A stretch of 64,000 bases of DNA from contig JAJTEM010000016.1 of NCBI GenBank assembly GCA_021299735.1, positions 63,479 to 127,478 on the forward strand, in the 5' to 3' direction. The notes beneath the pieces are model-generated. The model was not told the DNA's origin and searched no databases. It worked only from the letters and a program-made list of their open reading frames with translations. The position numbers and the translations under genes were made by a program. Each line of letters opens with the position of its first letter. Position 1 is the stretch's first letter. Origin of the DNA: Burkholderiales bacterium (GTDB lineage Bacteria > Pseudomonadota > Gammaproteobacteria > Burkholderiales > Burkholderiaceae_B). Shown here piece by piece: positions 44,834-54,060 of the stretch.

Positions 44834-44863
44834 TTTCCACTGGATGAAAAGGACACAACCCTT

Positions 44864-45664
44864 ATGAGTGAAGAGTCGATTGGACGCACCAGTATTCAGG
44901 TGATTGAGCGAATGATGCAATTGCTGGACGCCTTGGCTGAACACCAAGACCCAGTTGCCTTGAAAGACCTGGCTCGCGATACCAAGTTGCACCCATCCAC
45001 GGCGCACCGCATTTTGAATGACCTGGTGGCTTGCCGCTTGGTTGATCGTACTGACCCAGGTTTATACCGTTTGGGAATGCGCTTGCTTGAGCTTGGCAAC
45101 CTGGTGAAAGCCCGATTGAACGTGCGCGATGCGGCACTTGAACTGATGCGTAAGCTGCACCGGTTAACGGGCCAAACTGTGAACTTGTCGGTACGCCAAG
45201 GCGATGAGATTGTGTACGTAGACCGCGCCTACAGCGAACGGTCTGGTATGCAGGTGGTGCGAGCAATTGGTGGTCGCGCCCCCTTGCACCTAACCTCAAC
45301 CGGTAAGCTTTTTTTGGCCAATGAAACACCCGAAAACCTTAGACTTTATGCGGAACGCACCACGTTGCGTGGCACTACCCTAAATAGCCTGACCACATTG
45401 GAAAAACTGGAAAAGGAACTATTGCTGGTGCGAACTGAAGGGTTCGCGCGAGACAATGAGGAACTTGAAATGGGCGTGCGTTGCATGGCTGCCGGTATTT
45501 ACGATGACTCGTCGAAACTGATTGCAGGTTTGTCAATTTCAGCGCCTGCAGATCGAATTCAGGAAGACTGGCTTCAAGAACTAATACACACCGCTCAAAG
45601 AATTAGCGCTTCTCTTGGCTGGCAGGGTCGGATAACCCCGCCGAGCGGTCGATTCAGACTTTAA
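44864..45664 (+). CDS. IclR-family transcriptional regulator
   Basis: It has an N-terminal wHTH (VIERMMQLLDALAEHQDPVALKDLARDTKLHPSTAHRIL) and a C-terminal IclR effector domain. Confidence 0.9.
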   Translation: MSEESIGRTSIQVIERMMQLLDALAEHQDPVALKDLARDTKLHPSTAHRILNDLVACRLVDRTDPGLYRLGMRLLELGNLVKARLNVRDAALELMRKLHRLTGQTVNLSVRQGDEIVYVDRAYSERSGMQVVRAIGGRAPLHLTSTGKLFLANETPENLRLYAERTTLRGTTLNSLTTLEKLEKELLLVRTEGFARDNEELEMGVRCMAAGIYDDSSKLIAGLSISAPADRIQEDWLQELIHTAQRISASLGWQGRITPPSGRFRL

Positions 45665-45684
45665 GTTTCTTTTAGTCCAGCCAA

Positions 45685-46566
45685 TTATTTGGCTGCATAG
45701 GTTTGCGGACCCGGAGCAGCTGCCATAACGTATTCACGAATTCGTTCGGCATCTGCGAATCGCGCTTGCGAACCAAGCGCATCCAGCAAAACAATAATCA
45801 AATTACGGTCACCTACACGTGCCTTCATGACCAGACAACGCCCTGCCTCATTGATAAACCCGGTTTTTTGAATTTCAATATCCCACTGCTTGTTTTTAAT
45901 CAGGCGGTTGGTGTTTCTAAAATTCAACTGCCCCTTACCGGACTGTACCGAAAACTGGGGATCTGTTGAAAACTGACGAATTAAAGGGAAGCGCTGAGCG
46001 TGCAACATCATGCGCGCCAGGTCATTGGCACTTGATTTGTTCTCCACGGAAAGGCCTGTGGTTTCGGCAAAATTGGTGTTGTACATGCGCAAGGTAGCAG
46101 CCCTGCGATTCATTTCAGCAACGCAGGCTGCTAGACCGCCTGGGTAAGTACGTCCCAACGCCGAGGCGGCCCTGTTCTCAGAGGCCATAAGGGCCAGGTG
46201 AATAAGTTCGCGGCGGGTAAATTCACTACCAGGCTTCAAACGCGAACGGGTATTCTTGTAATAATCAATGTCATCGTTGGTGATTGTGATCAATTCATCA
46301 AGATTTAACCGGGCTTCAAGAGTAACCACCACGGTCATGACTTTGGTAATTGACGCAATTGGAACGACTGCGGAGGGATTCTTTGCATACAGCACCTCGT
46401 GGGTATCCGCATCGGCAACCAAAGCAATTGCGCTATTTAAAGAAAGTGGATCGTGGGCCTCTTTCAGGTTTGCACGCTCCGCCTTACCAGATGAAGCCGT
46501 AACAGCCGGGCTCAACACCATGGAAAAAGCAAGAAATGTTGCGCAGAGTAATGCTTTGTGAGTCAT
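45685..46566 (-). CDS. pbpG: D-alanyl-D-alanine endopeptidase (PBP7/PbpG, peptidase S11)
   Basis: It has a signal peptide and the SITK (SxxK), SEN and KTG motifs. Confidence 0.88.
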   Translation of the reverse strand: MTHKALLCATFLAFSMVLSPAVTASSGKAERANLKEAHDPLSLNSAIALVADADTHEVLYAKNPSAVVPIASITKVMTVVVTLEARLNLDELITITNDDIDYYKNTRSRLKPGSEFTRRELIHLALMASENRAASALGRTYPGGLAACVAEMNRRAATLRMYNTNFAETTGLSVENKSSANDLARMMLHAQRFPLIRQFSTDPQFSVQSGKGQLNFRNTNRLIKNKQWDIEIQKTGFINEAGRCLVMKARVGDRNLIIVLLDALGSQARFADAERIREYVMAAAPGPQTYAAK

Positions 46567-46696
46567 TATGGTTTGTCTTCTTTATTGTTTAAACAAATGT
46601 TTTATTGAATTCTACGCAGAATCAGATTGATCGCATAGAGTCTAGATCAAGGAATAACAGAGTTTTAAGCCATCTAATTCAAGCGATTCCTTAAAT

Positions 46697-47641
46697 CTAC
46701 CTGTTCTTTGTGGTTTTTGTCGCTCTTTGATAGTGTTCTCCGTAATCAACCAAACGCTTGACCACCCCAAGTTGAAGATCAGTCAAGTGTTCCAGATCGG
46801 GAAAATACCCACCAGCCATCACAGCCGCCACAGGTAAATTGCGTTTGCGAGCCCATTGCAATACAAGATGATCGCGGAGCAAAATTCCTTGGTCGCTGAG
46901 CGCCAGCTTTCCCAAACGATCGGCTTGATGAACATCAAGCCCGGCAACATACAACACCATATTGGGAGTAAAGCGCTGGCCAATCAAACTCAGAGCACTT
47001 TCCAGTTTTGTGAGATATTCATCATCTCTAGTTCCATCAACCAACTCAATATCCAGGTCACTTTTTTCTTTCTGGAACGGATAATTTTTCGCACCGTGCA
47101 TCGAGAAGGTAAATACACTGCAGTCGTTGGCCAAAATTTCAGCAGTGCCGTCACCTTGGTGTACATCCAGATCAATTACCAACACATTGCCTTCACGGCC
47201 ATTGGCGATTTGGTCTGTCTGATACACAAGAGCCGCCACTGCCAAATCGTTGAACACACAAAACCCACCACCCTTGTCACGCTTGGCATGGTGAGTACCT
47301 CCAGCCAAATTAACCGAGGCGCCTTGCTGCAACGCACTTCGAACCGCCGAAACTGTAGCCCCCACGGATCGACGTGAGCGCTCCACCATTCGATCAGACC
47401 AAGGAAAACCAATATCGCGTTGTTCATCCTTGGAAATATTTCCTGTTTCTATCCGTTCAATGTAGTAAGGGCAATGTGCCAAAGCCAATTGACCTGGGGT
47501 AGCCGCATTGGGAACCGATAACCTTACAGAACAATCACTTAAAAGTAATTTATCCCGAAGAATGCGGTATTTTTCCATGGGAAATCGATGCCCTGGAGGC
47601 AATGGAAGGACAAATTCGTCGGTATAAAACGCTTCAATCAT
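46697..47641 (-). CDS. histone deacetylase-family (HDAC/AcuC-like) amidohydrolase
   Basis: It contains GGTHHAKRDKGGGFCVFND, DLDVHQGDGT and the MAGGY motifs. Confidence 0.88.
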   Translation of the reverse strand: MIEAFYTDEFVLPLPPGHRFPMEKYRILRDKLLLSDCSVRLSVPNAATPGQLALAHCPYYIERIETGNISKDEQRDIGFPWSDRMVERSRRSVGATVSAVRSALQQGASVNLAGGTHHAKRDKGGGFCVFNDLAVAALVYQTDQIANGREGNVLVIDLDVHQGDGTAEILANDCSVFTFSMHGAKNYPFQKEKSDLDIELVDGTRDDEYLTKLESALSLIGQRFTPNMVLYVAGLDVHQADRLGKLALSDQGILLRDHLVLQWARKRNLPVAAVMAGGYFPDLEHLTDLQLGVVKRLVDYGEHYQRATKTTKNR

Positions 47642-47689
47642 GATTAATGTGACAGAACGAACCCAAATTATTGCGTTGCAACATTTTTG

Positions 47690-47717
47690 TTGACACGAAG
47701 ATTTTTTTTGGTAGAAT
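47690..47717 (+). promoter_or_regulatory. sigma70 promoter of the phasin gene
   Basis: TTGACA (47690-47695) and TAGAAT (47712-47717) are separated by 16 nt. The element lies about 70 nt upstream of ATG 47789. Confidence 0.6.
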
Positions 47718-47788
47718 TCATTTTGTGCACCGCATCAAACGGTGTCTAAAAAATAACCCCAGTGGTACGAAACCTGACGGAGCAAATT

Positions 47789-48343
47789 ATGATGATGACC
47801 CCCGAACAATTTCTTGACGTTCAAAAAGCCAACCTTGAAAAGATCCTGGGTCTTAGCCAGCAATCATTCAGCAACGTTGAAAAAGTTGTTGAACTGAATC
47901 TTAACGCTGTTAAAGCTTACATGGAAGAAAGTGTTGAGGCAGTGAAGGCCCTGTCTTCTGCCAAAGATATTCAAGAATTCGTGGCGGTATCTTCATCAGT
48001 TACTCAACCATTGTCTGAAAAAGCTGTTTCTTACGGCAAGGATCTGTACACCCTGTCCTCTGGAATTGCGTCTGAAGCAGCCAAGTTGGTTGAAGAACAC
48101 GTGGCCGAGAGCAACAAAAAATTCGTTGAGTTGTTTGAATCAGCCAGTAAGAATGCACCAGCCGGTTCTGAAGGTGCTGTTGCACTGATGAAATCAGCGC
48201 TTACCGCAGCAAACACCGCTTACGACAGCGTAAGCAAGGCCACAAAACAAGCTGTTGAAATGGCAGAAGCCAATGTAGAAGCCGCAACCAAGGCGACTAT
48301 CAAGGCCACCAACACAGCCACCAAGGCCCGCAAAGCAGCGTAA
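47789..48343 (+). CDS. phaP: phasin family protein (PHA granule-associated)
   Basis: The start is ATG 47789, preceded by GGAG. The sequence is Ala/Lys/Glu-rich and amphipathic, with the phasin_2-like N-terminus TPEQFLDVQKANLE. Confidence 0.85.
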   Translation: MMMTPEQFLDVQKANLEKILGLSQQSFSNVEKVVELNLNAVKAYMEESVEAVKALSSAKDIQEFVAVSSSVTQPLSEKAVSYGKDLYTLSSGIASEAAKLVEEHVAESNKKFVELFESASKNAPAGSEGAVALMKSALTAANTAYDSVSKATKQAVEMAEANVEAATKATIKATNTATKARKAA

Positions 48344-48397
48344 CACCCTGTTTTTGCCTGTATCGATGTCTCCTCGTTCCTCCTGGAACGAATTCTC

Positions 48398-48432
48398 AAA
48401 GCCTGCCCACTTCGTGTGGCAGGCTTTTTTTT
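48398..48432 (+). terminator. rho-independent terminator after the phasin gene
   Basis: The stem is AGCCTGCC...GGCAGGCT, followed by eight T residues. Confidence 0.8.
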
Positions 48433-48442
48433 ATCTGAAAAG

Positions 48443-49225
48443 CTAATCCAGCAACTCAAACTTGCATTGCATGGTTTCAAGAATTTTTAGCAAGTCCACA
48501 AAGGCTTGTGACACCAGTTCTTTTTTGTCCGCTGCGCCACGCGCTTTGACACCAAGCTCTATGTGACGGGCCAGTTTGTTGTCTCCCACGCTCGGCAAGC
48601 TGTATAACCTGCAATCCGGGTATGCAGCCTCAAGCTGCTCCATCACCGGTGTTATCCGAGCCTCTGGGGTGTTGAACAGCAACAAGGCCTTTTTATACTC
48701 AAGTTCCAAGTGATGAAACTGGGGGTACAGCGTATCCAACACCCATTCAATCATTGGCCAGGCCATGACAGGAAAACCGGGCACGAAGTGATGCCGCCCA
48801 ACGGTAAAACCGGCTATGCGGTTGTAAGGGTTGGGTATCAAGCTTGCACCTTCGGGAAAATCAGCCATGCGCAGCCGAAATTCATCGAGGGGCTGCCCAC
48901 TTTCCTCGCAACGCTGACGAATCAAATCAACTGCACCCGGGTGGCGCACAATAGGCAAGCCCAAAGCCTGAGCAGCCGCTTGCCGGGTGTGGTCGTCGGG
49001 TGTACCGCCAATGCCGCCACAACTGAATACAATGTGGTCACTCGCAAACGATCGCTTCAGGGTATCGGTTAGAAATGCCCTGTCATCACCCACCATTTGA
49101 ACCCAAGACAGCTGGAGCCCTCGGGCTGACAAACGTTCAATGACCGCGGGAATGTGTTTGTCTTGCCGTAAACCGGACAAAATTTCGTCGCCCACGACAA
49201 CCAGGCCAATTTTAGGTACTGCCAT
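48443..49225 (-). CDS. CinA-N/MoCF-binding (molybdopterin-binding) domain protein
   Basis: It contains VGDEILSG and CGGIGGTPDDHT, which mark a MoCF_BD fold. The product is 260 aa. Confidence 0.8.
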   Translation of the reverse strand: MAVPKIGLVVVGDEILSGLRQDKHIPAVIERLSARGLQLSWVQMVGDDRAFLTDTLKRSFASDHIVFSCGGIGGTPDDHTRQAAAQALGLPIVRHPGAVDLIRQRCEESGQPLDEFRLRMADFPEGASLIPNPYNRIAGFTVGRHHFVPGFPVMAWPMIEWVLDTLYPQFHHLELEYKKALLLFNTPEARITPVMEQLEAAYPDCRLYSLPSVGDNKLARHIELGVKARGAADKKELVSQAFVDLLKILETMQCKFELLD

Positions 49226-49243
49226 TTTTTCTCTTTTCCGTGT

Positions 49244-50008
49244 TTAGTTGGATTCAATCACTGGTAAGTCGATTATTTTGTCGCCCCTCACCTGCTGCAA
49301 CACACCCATGTAATGGCGAGTGAAAGCCAGTGCCGACATCACTGGCATGATCAACAAAATTGGCGGAATGAAACTTAAAAATGCACACACCAAGCCAATC
49401 AACCACGCCGAGGTGCTGTCGCGCTTTTTAATTTCTTTCATTTCCAGTTTGGTGGCATGCCCGGCCAGAGAGTCGAACCGCATTACGGTCATCAGCAAAT
49501 AAGCTGTCAACAAAATTGGCAATACAAAAGCCATTCCGGGAATCAGCCACAAAGGCAAGCTGACAAGCCATGCGATCAAAAAAACAAGCACTGCTTTCAA
49601 CGTAACCCACAGGCTGGTTACCATGCCTGAATCGCCTTTCTTTTGAATGCCACGAAATTCACGCTCGGTAAGGTAGTTCACTACGGGTGGGGTCACGTAA
49701 AGGCCGGCCAGCAACACTGCGGAAGTGGCAACAATTGGCCACAGCAAACCAAACACCGCCAAAGGCACCAAAATAAATTTCAACCAGCCCATGAAGGCGG
49801 AATCGGTGGCTAAGGCCGCAGTAGAAAAATCCAAACCCAAATAGCCCAAAGCCCAAGTTGCTGCACTGACCAAAGGATCAATCGACAACCAGATAACCAC
49901 CAGCCAGAATACAGATGCCAAAGCCACCGACACCAAAGTCAACATCAGCATTTTGGGGCGAAATGAATCAACCAGCGCGTGAAACAAAATTGACATTGCG
50001 TTGTTCAT
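49244..50008 (-). CDS. EI24/CysZ-like integral membrane protein
   Basis: The 254-aa product has about 6 TM segments in an EI24-domain-like arrangement. The assignment is from memory. Confidence 0.55.
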   Translation of the reverse strand: MNNAMSILFHALVDSFRPKMLMLTLVSVALASVFWLVVIWLSIDPLVSAATWALGYLGLDFSTAALATDSAFMGWLKFILVPLAVFGLLWPIVATSAVLLAGLYVTPPVVNYLTEREFRGIQKKGDSGMVTSLWVTLKAVLVFLIAWLVSLPLWLIPGMAFVLPILLTAYLLMTVMRFDSLAGHATKLEMKEIKKRDSTSAWLIGLVCAFLSFIPPILLIMPVMSALAFTRHYMGVLQQVRGDKIIDLPVIESN

Positions 50009-50019
50009 AAACCTTCCCT

Positions 50020-53000
50020 TTATTGTTGCCGCCTGGCCATGGTTTCCCAGGCTTTTTGCAAACGCTTGACAGATACCGGCATTGGCGTACGAAGTTCTTG
50101 GGCAAAGAGCGAGACTCGAAGTTCCTGAAGCTGCCAGGCAAATTGGGCAAGGCTTTCATCTTCTTGCCCCTTTAACTGCGAACTGGCACGAACCCAGTGT
50201 AATTGAAGATCCATGACATCTTTCATCAGTTGTTTGTCACGATCAATTGAATTTCGCACCCGCTCCAGGCGTATTTGGGCTGCTTTGAGGTACCGCGGGT
50301 AATGGGCCAACTGCTCCCAGGGTTTTTTCAGCAGGAACCCCTTGGGTAGTAGCCAGTTCAACTGGTTTTGAATATCGGCAACACATTCAGGGAATGATTT
50401 AGACAGCGCTTGAAGTTTTTTATTCAAGACATTGTATTCATTCAGAATAATTAAAAGAATTTTCCCGATTTCTTGGGCAATCAAGTTCATTCGGCTGCGC
50501 GCTTCTTGCGCCTTGCTGCTGAACTCTTCTTGCGTGGTGGGTAAACCTGCGGCAAGTGCACTGCGCATCAAAGTTAGCTTGATCCACTGTTGCTGCAGCT
50601 CTTCGGATGAACCCAAAGGCATGTAGAGCATGGCCACTTTCTGAAAATCGAGCAGGTTCTTGGTCAAGTACTTCAAGGGCTCTTTCAGGGCAATGTTGAA
50701 CAGGCGCAGCACGCCGTCCAGGTGCACTTTGCGGGCAATGTCTTCTTCATCAAACACCTCAACAATACAATGATCACCCATGTCTTTGAGGGCTGGGTAT
50801 CCAAAGAAAGTTTGACCACCTCGCTTTATCTCCAACATGTCGGGCAAGCTGCCAAAGCTCCAATCGGTGATTGGTTTGTCACCAAACGCACTGGGGCTAC
50901 TTGTAGTAGGGGTGTTTGCGGGCGCGGCCGGGGCTTTCCCGGTAACAGAAGGTGTAGAGGACATCGGAGCACCGCCCACCTGGGCACGCACCTGCTCCAC
51001 CACATCAGAACTCTTGAAACTTTCTTGTGCTTTGCGGCCCCATTCGGCTTTCAGTGAAGACAAACTGCGCTGCATGTCCAGCTGCCGGCCATGTTCATCC
51101 ACCAATTTGAAGTTCATGAAATGGTGGGGAGGCAGGCTTTCAATTCGGAAATCGCTGAGCAATGGGCGGGCCGGGGTTTCACTGGCCACGAAATCGCGCA
51201 GGCGTTCCAGCAGGGGTTTGTCGTACAGCTTTGAATCAAAGTGGGCTTGCGCAAACTTCTCTGCAAATTGCGGCACTGGCACACAATGGCGGCGCACCTT
51301 TTGCGGCAGGCTTTTCACCAGCAGCAAGGCTTTTTCTTTGAGCATGCCCGGCACCAGCCATTCGGTACGGCCTGCATTCACCTGGTTCAACAGCATCAGG
51401 GGAATGGTCAGGGTAACGCCATCACGCGGGCTTCCGGGTTCAAAGTGGTAAGTCAAATCAAAGGCCAGGCCACCCATTTCCAGCTTCTTGGGGTAAAACT
51501 CGGTGGTAATGTCCCCGGCTTTCTTGCTCAGCAAATCTTCCTTGTTCAGGTACAGGGCAGCAAGGTCTTCTTTGCTGGCTTGTTTGGCCCAATTTTCAAG
51601 GGTTTGCTGGTTGTAAACGCCCGCGGGCAGCTTGTCATCGTAAAACTGGGCAATCAGGGCTTCGTCCACCAAAATATCCTGTCGGCGGGCCTTGTGCTCA
51701 AGCTTTTCAAGGTCTTCAACCAGCTTGCGGTTGTGCACATAGAAAGGCATATTGGTTTTCACCTGCCCGGGCACCAAGCCCTCGTGAATCATTAGCCTGC
51801 GCGCATCGGCCTGGTTGAACTTGGCCAGGCTAACGCGGCGCTGCGAATAAATTGGCAAACCATAAATAGTGCCGGTTTCCATGGCCACAGCCTGGCCGGA
51901 ACCCTTTTCCCAATGGGGGTTATGGTGGTTGCGCTTTACCAGGTGGGCACCTACCTTTTCAATCCAGTCAGGCTGAATTCTGGCCACACTGCGCGCATAA
52001 AGCCTGGTGGTTTCAACCAGCTCGGCAGCCATAACCCACTTGCTTCCTTTCTTGAACAGGTTAGAACCTGGATGAATGGAAAACTTGATGCTGCGTGCGC
52101 CCAGGTAAACCGGGTCGGTTTCATGTTTCAGGCCGATATTGCCCAATAAACCAGCCATCAGAGCCATGTGAATTTGATCGTATTCTGCCGCCTTGGTGTT
52201 CAGTACCCACTTTTGCTCTTTCACCATGGAAGTAAGCTGCTGGTGCACTTCGCCCCATTCGCGCAAGCGGTTGGCAGACAAATACTTGCGTTGAAGCGTG
52301 TTTTTCATTTCACGATTCGTCAAGCTTTGTTCTTTTAAACCGATGTAGTACTTCCATAACTTGAGAAACGACATAAAGTCAGAATCGGTATCGTCAAACT
52401 GCTGCTGGGCATTGTCAGCGGCCTCTTGGGCATCTATCGGGCGATCGCGCGGGTCTTGAATTGACAAGGCAGAAGCCAATACCAGCAATTCACTTAAACA
52501 CTCTCGTTGGCTGGCCTCAAACAGCATTCTGGCAATGCGGGGGTCGAGCGGTAACCGGGCCAGCGCGCGACCCGTTTTGGTCAATTGCCCGGCTTCGTCC
52601 AGCGCGTTCAGTTCACTGAGCAACTGATAACCATCGGCAATTGCGCGGCCCATGGGGCGTTGCAAAAACGGAAAGTCCTCCACCTCGATCAAGTGCAGGC
52701 TTTTCATTCGCAAGATGACAGAAGCCAGGGAGGAACGAAGAATTTCGGGGTCGGTGTAATCAGCCCGGCCCGCAAAATCAGCTTCAGCATACAAGCGAAT
52801 GCATACACCATTGGCCACGCGGCCGCAGCGCCCTGCCCGCTGGTTGGCCGATGCTTTGGAAATTCGCTCCACCTGCAACATTTCAACCTTGTTGCGGTAG
52901 CTGTAGCGTTTCACTCGAGCCACGCCGGAATCAATCACATACCGAATACCGGGCACGGTTAGCGAGGTTTCCGCCACGTTGGTAGACAAAACAATTCGCC

Positions 53001-53910
53001 TTCGGCCACTGGGCTTGAAAATGCGCTCCTGTTCTTGTGCAGTAAGCCTTGCGAACAAAGGCAAAATTTCCAGTGTTTGCCGCGTGTTTTTACCCAGAAA
53101 ATTCGCCATGTCACGAATTTCCCGCTCACCGGGCAAGAACATGAGTATGTCGCCTTGCCCTTCACGGCAAAGCTCTTCGACAGCGTCGAGTGTAGCGGCC
53201 TGAAAAGCGTCCTCGTCTACTTCATCTGCCGGGTTTACGGGTGCGTTTTTTCGGCGGTTGGTATCGTAATCGTTGGGGTCTTTGTAACGCACCTCCACAG
53301 GGTACAAACGCCCAGAAACTTCAATAACCGGTGCAGGTTTGCCGTGCGCATTCTCGAAATGTTTAGAAAACCGCTCGGCATCAATGGTGGCGGAAGTGAC
53401 AATTAGCTTCAGATCGGGCCGCTTGGTGAGCACGTCTTTCAAATAGCCCAGCAAGAAGTCGATATTCAGGCTACGTTCGTGTGCCTCATCGATAATGATG
53501 GTGTCGTACTTTTTGAACAGCGGATCTGTTTGGCTTTCGGCCAACAAAATACCGTCAGTCACCAGCTTTACGGCTGTGTTGGCATTGGATTGGTCTTGAA
53601 AGCGAATTTTAAAACCCACCCATTGCCCAAGTTCGGAATTCAGTTCTTGCGCAATTCGTTTGGCTGTGGCCGTGGCTGCCAAGCGGCGGGGCTGGGTGTG
53701 AACAATGCTTCGGCCATTCAAGCCACGCCCCAATTCCAGGCACATTTTCGGCAACTGGGTGGTTTTTCCCGAGCCGGTTTCACCGCACACAATGACCACC
53801 TGGTTTTCAGCAATCAGCTGTTTGATTTCTGCGCGGCGCTGCGAGACCGGTAGTTCTTCGGGATATCGAATTTCAGGCAGGGACTGAAGGGTTTGTTCTT
53901 TTGACAACAC
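50020..53910 (-). CDS. hrpA: ATP-dependent RNA helicase HrpA (DEAH box)
   Basis: The 1296-aa product has GETGSGKTTQ, DEAHERS, SATID, TNVAETSLT and QRAGRCGR, followed by the HA2/OB and long HrpA C-terminal region. Confidence 0.97.
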   Translation of the reverse strand: MLSKEQTLQSLPEIRYPEELPVSQRRAEIKQLIAENQVVIVCGETGSGKTTQLPKMCLELGRGLNGRSIVHTQPRRLAATATAKRIAQELNSELGQWVGFKIRFQDQSNANTAVKLVTDGILLAESQTDPLFKKYDTIIIDEAHERSLNIDFLLGYLKDVLTKRPDLKLIVTSATIDAERFSKHFENAHGKPAPVIEVSGRLYPVEVRYKDPNDYDTNRRKNAPVNPADEVDEDAFQAATLDAVEELCREGQGDILMFLPGEREIRDMANFLGKNTRQTLEILPLFARLTAQEQERIFKPSGRRRIVLSTNVAETSLTVPGIRYVIDSGVARVKRYSYRNKVEMLQVERISKASANQRAGRCGRVANGVCIRLYAEADFAGRADYTDPEILRSSLASVILRMKSLHLIEVEDFPFLQRPMGRAIADGYQLLSELNALDEAGQLTKTGRALARLPLDPRIARMLFEASQRECLSELLVLASALSIQDPRDRPIDAQEAADNAQQQFDDTDSDFMSFLKLWKYYIGLKEQSLTNREMKNTLQRKYLSANRLREWGEVHQQLTSMVKEQKWVLNTKAAEYDQIHMALMAGLLGNIGLKHETDPVYLGARSIKFSIHPGSNLFKKGSKWVMAAELVETTRLYARSVARIQPDWIEKVGAHLVKRNHHNPHWEKGSGQAVAMETGTIYGLPIYSQRRVSLAKFNQADARRLMIHEGLVPGQVKTNMPFYVHNRKLVEDLEKLEHKARRQDILVDEALIAQFYDDKLPAGVYNQQTLENWAKQASKEDLAALYLNKEDLLSKKAGDITTEFYPKKLEMGGLAFDLTYHFEPGSPRDGVTLTIPLMLLNQVNAGRTEWLVPGMLKEKALLLVKSLPQKVRRHCVPVPQFAEKFAQAHFDSKLYDKPLLERLRDFVASETPARPLLSDFRIESLPPHHFMNFKLVDEHGRQLDMQRSLSSLKAEWGRKAQESFKSSDVVEQVRAQVGGAPMSSTPSVTGKAPAAPANTPTTSSPSAFGDKPITDWSFGSLPDMLEIKRGGQTFFGYPALKDMGDHCIVEVFDEEDIARKVHLDGVLRLFNIALKEPLKYLTKNLLDFQKVAMLYMPLGSSEELQQQWIKLTLMRSALAAGLPTTQEEFSSKAQEARSRMNLIAQEIGKILLIILNEYNVLNKKLQALSKSFPECVADIQNQLNWLLPKGFLLKKPWEQLAHYPRYLKAAQIRLERVRNSIDRDKQLMKDVMDLQLHWVRASSQLKGQEDESLAQFAWQLQELRVSLFAQELRTPMPVSVKRLQKAWETMARRQQ

Positions 53911-54060
53911 AAATGACCAATATTGGGTTCAAATTCCGATCAAATCGGGGAAAAACAATGCGAAAGCTGGACTACGCGCGAGCGGAAATTATAATCAATC
54001 GAACGAGCGGCTGCGGCTGCACACAGTGTATTCCCTTTTTTCAGGACAGCCCCCAAGCCA

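Noticed and set aside
53911-54060. I searched the hrpA / argA divergent region for an ARG box or a leader peptide. It contains a repeated cgagcgg and an AT-rich core, aaattataatcaat.
   Set aside because: The match to any arginine-repressor consensus I can recall is poor, and I saw no convincing leader ORF or attenuator.
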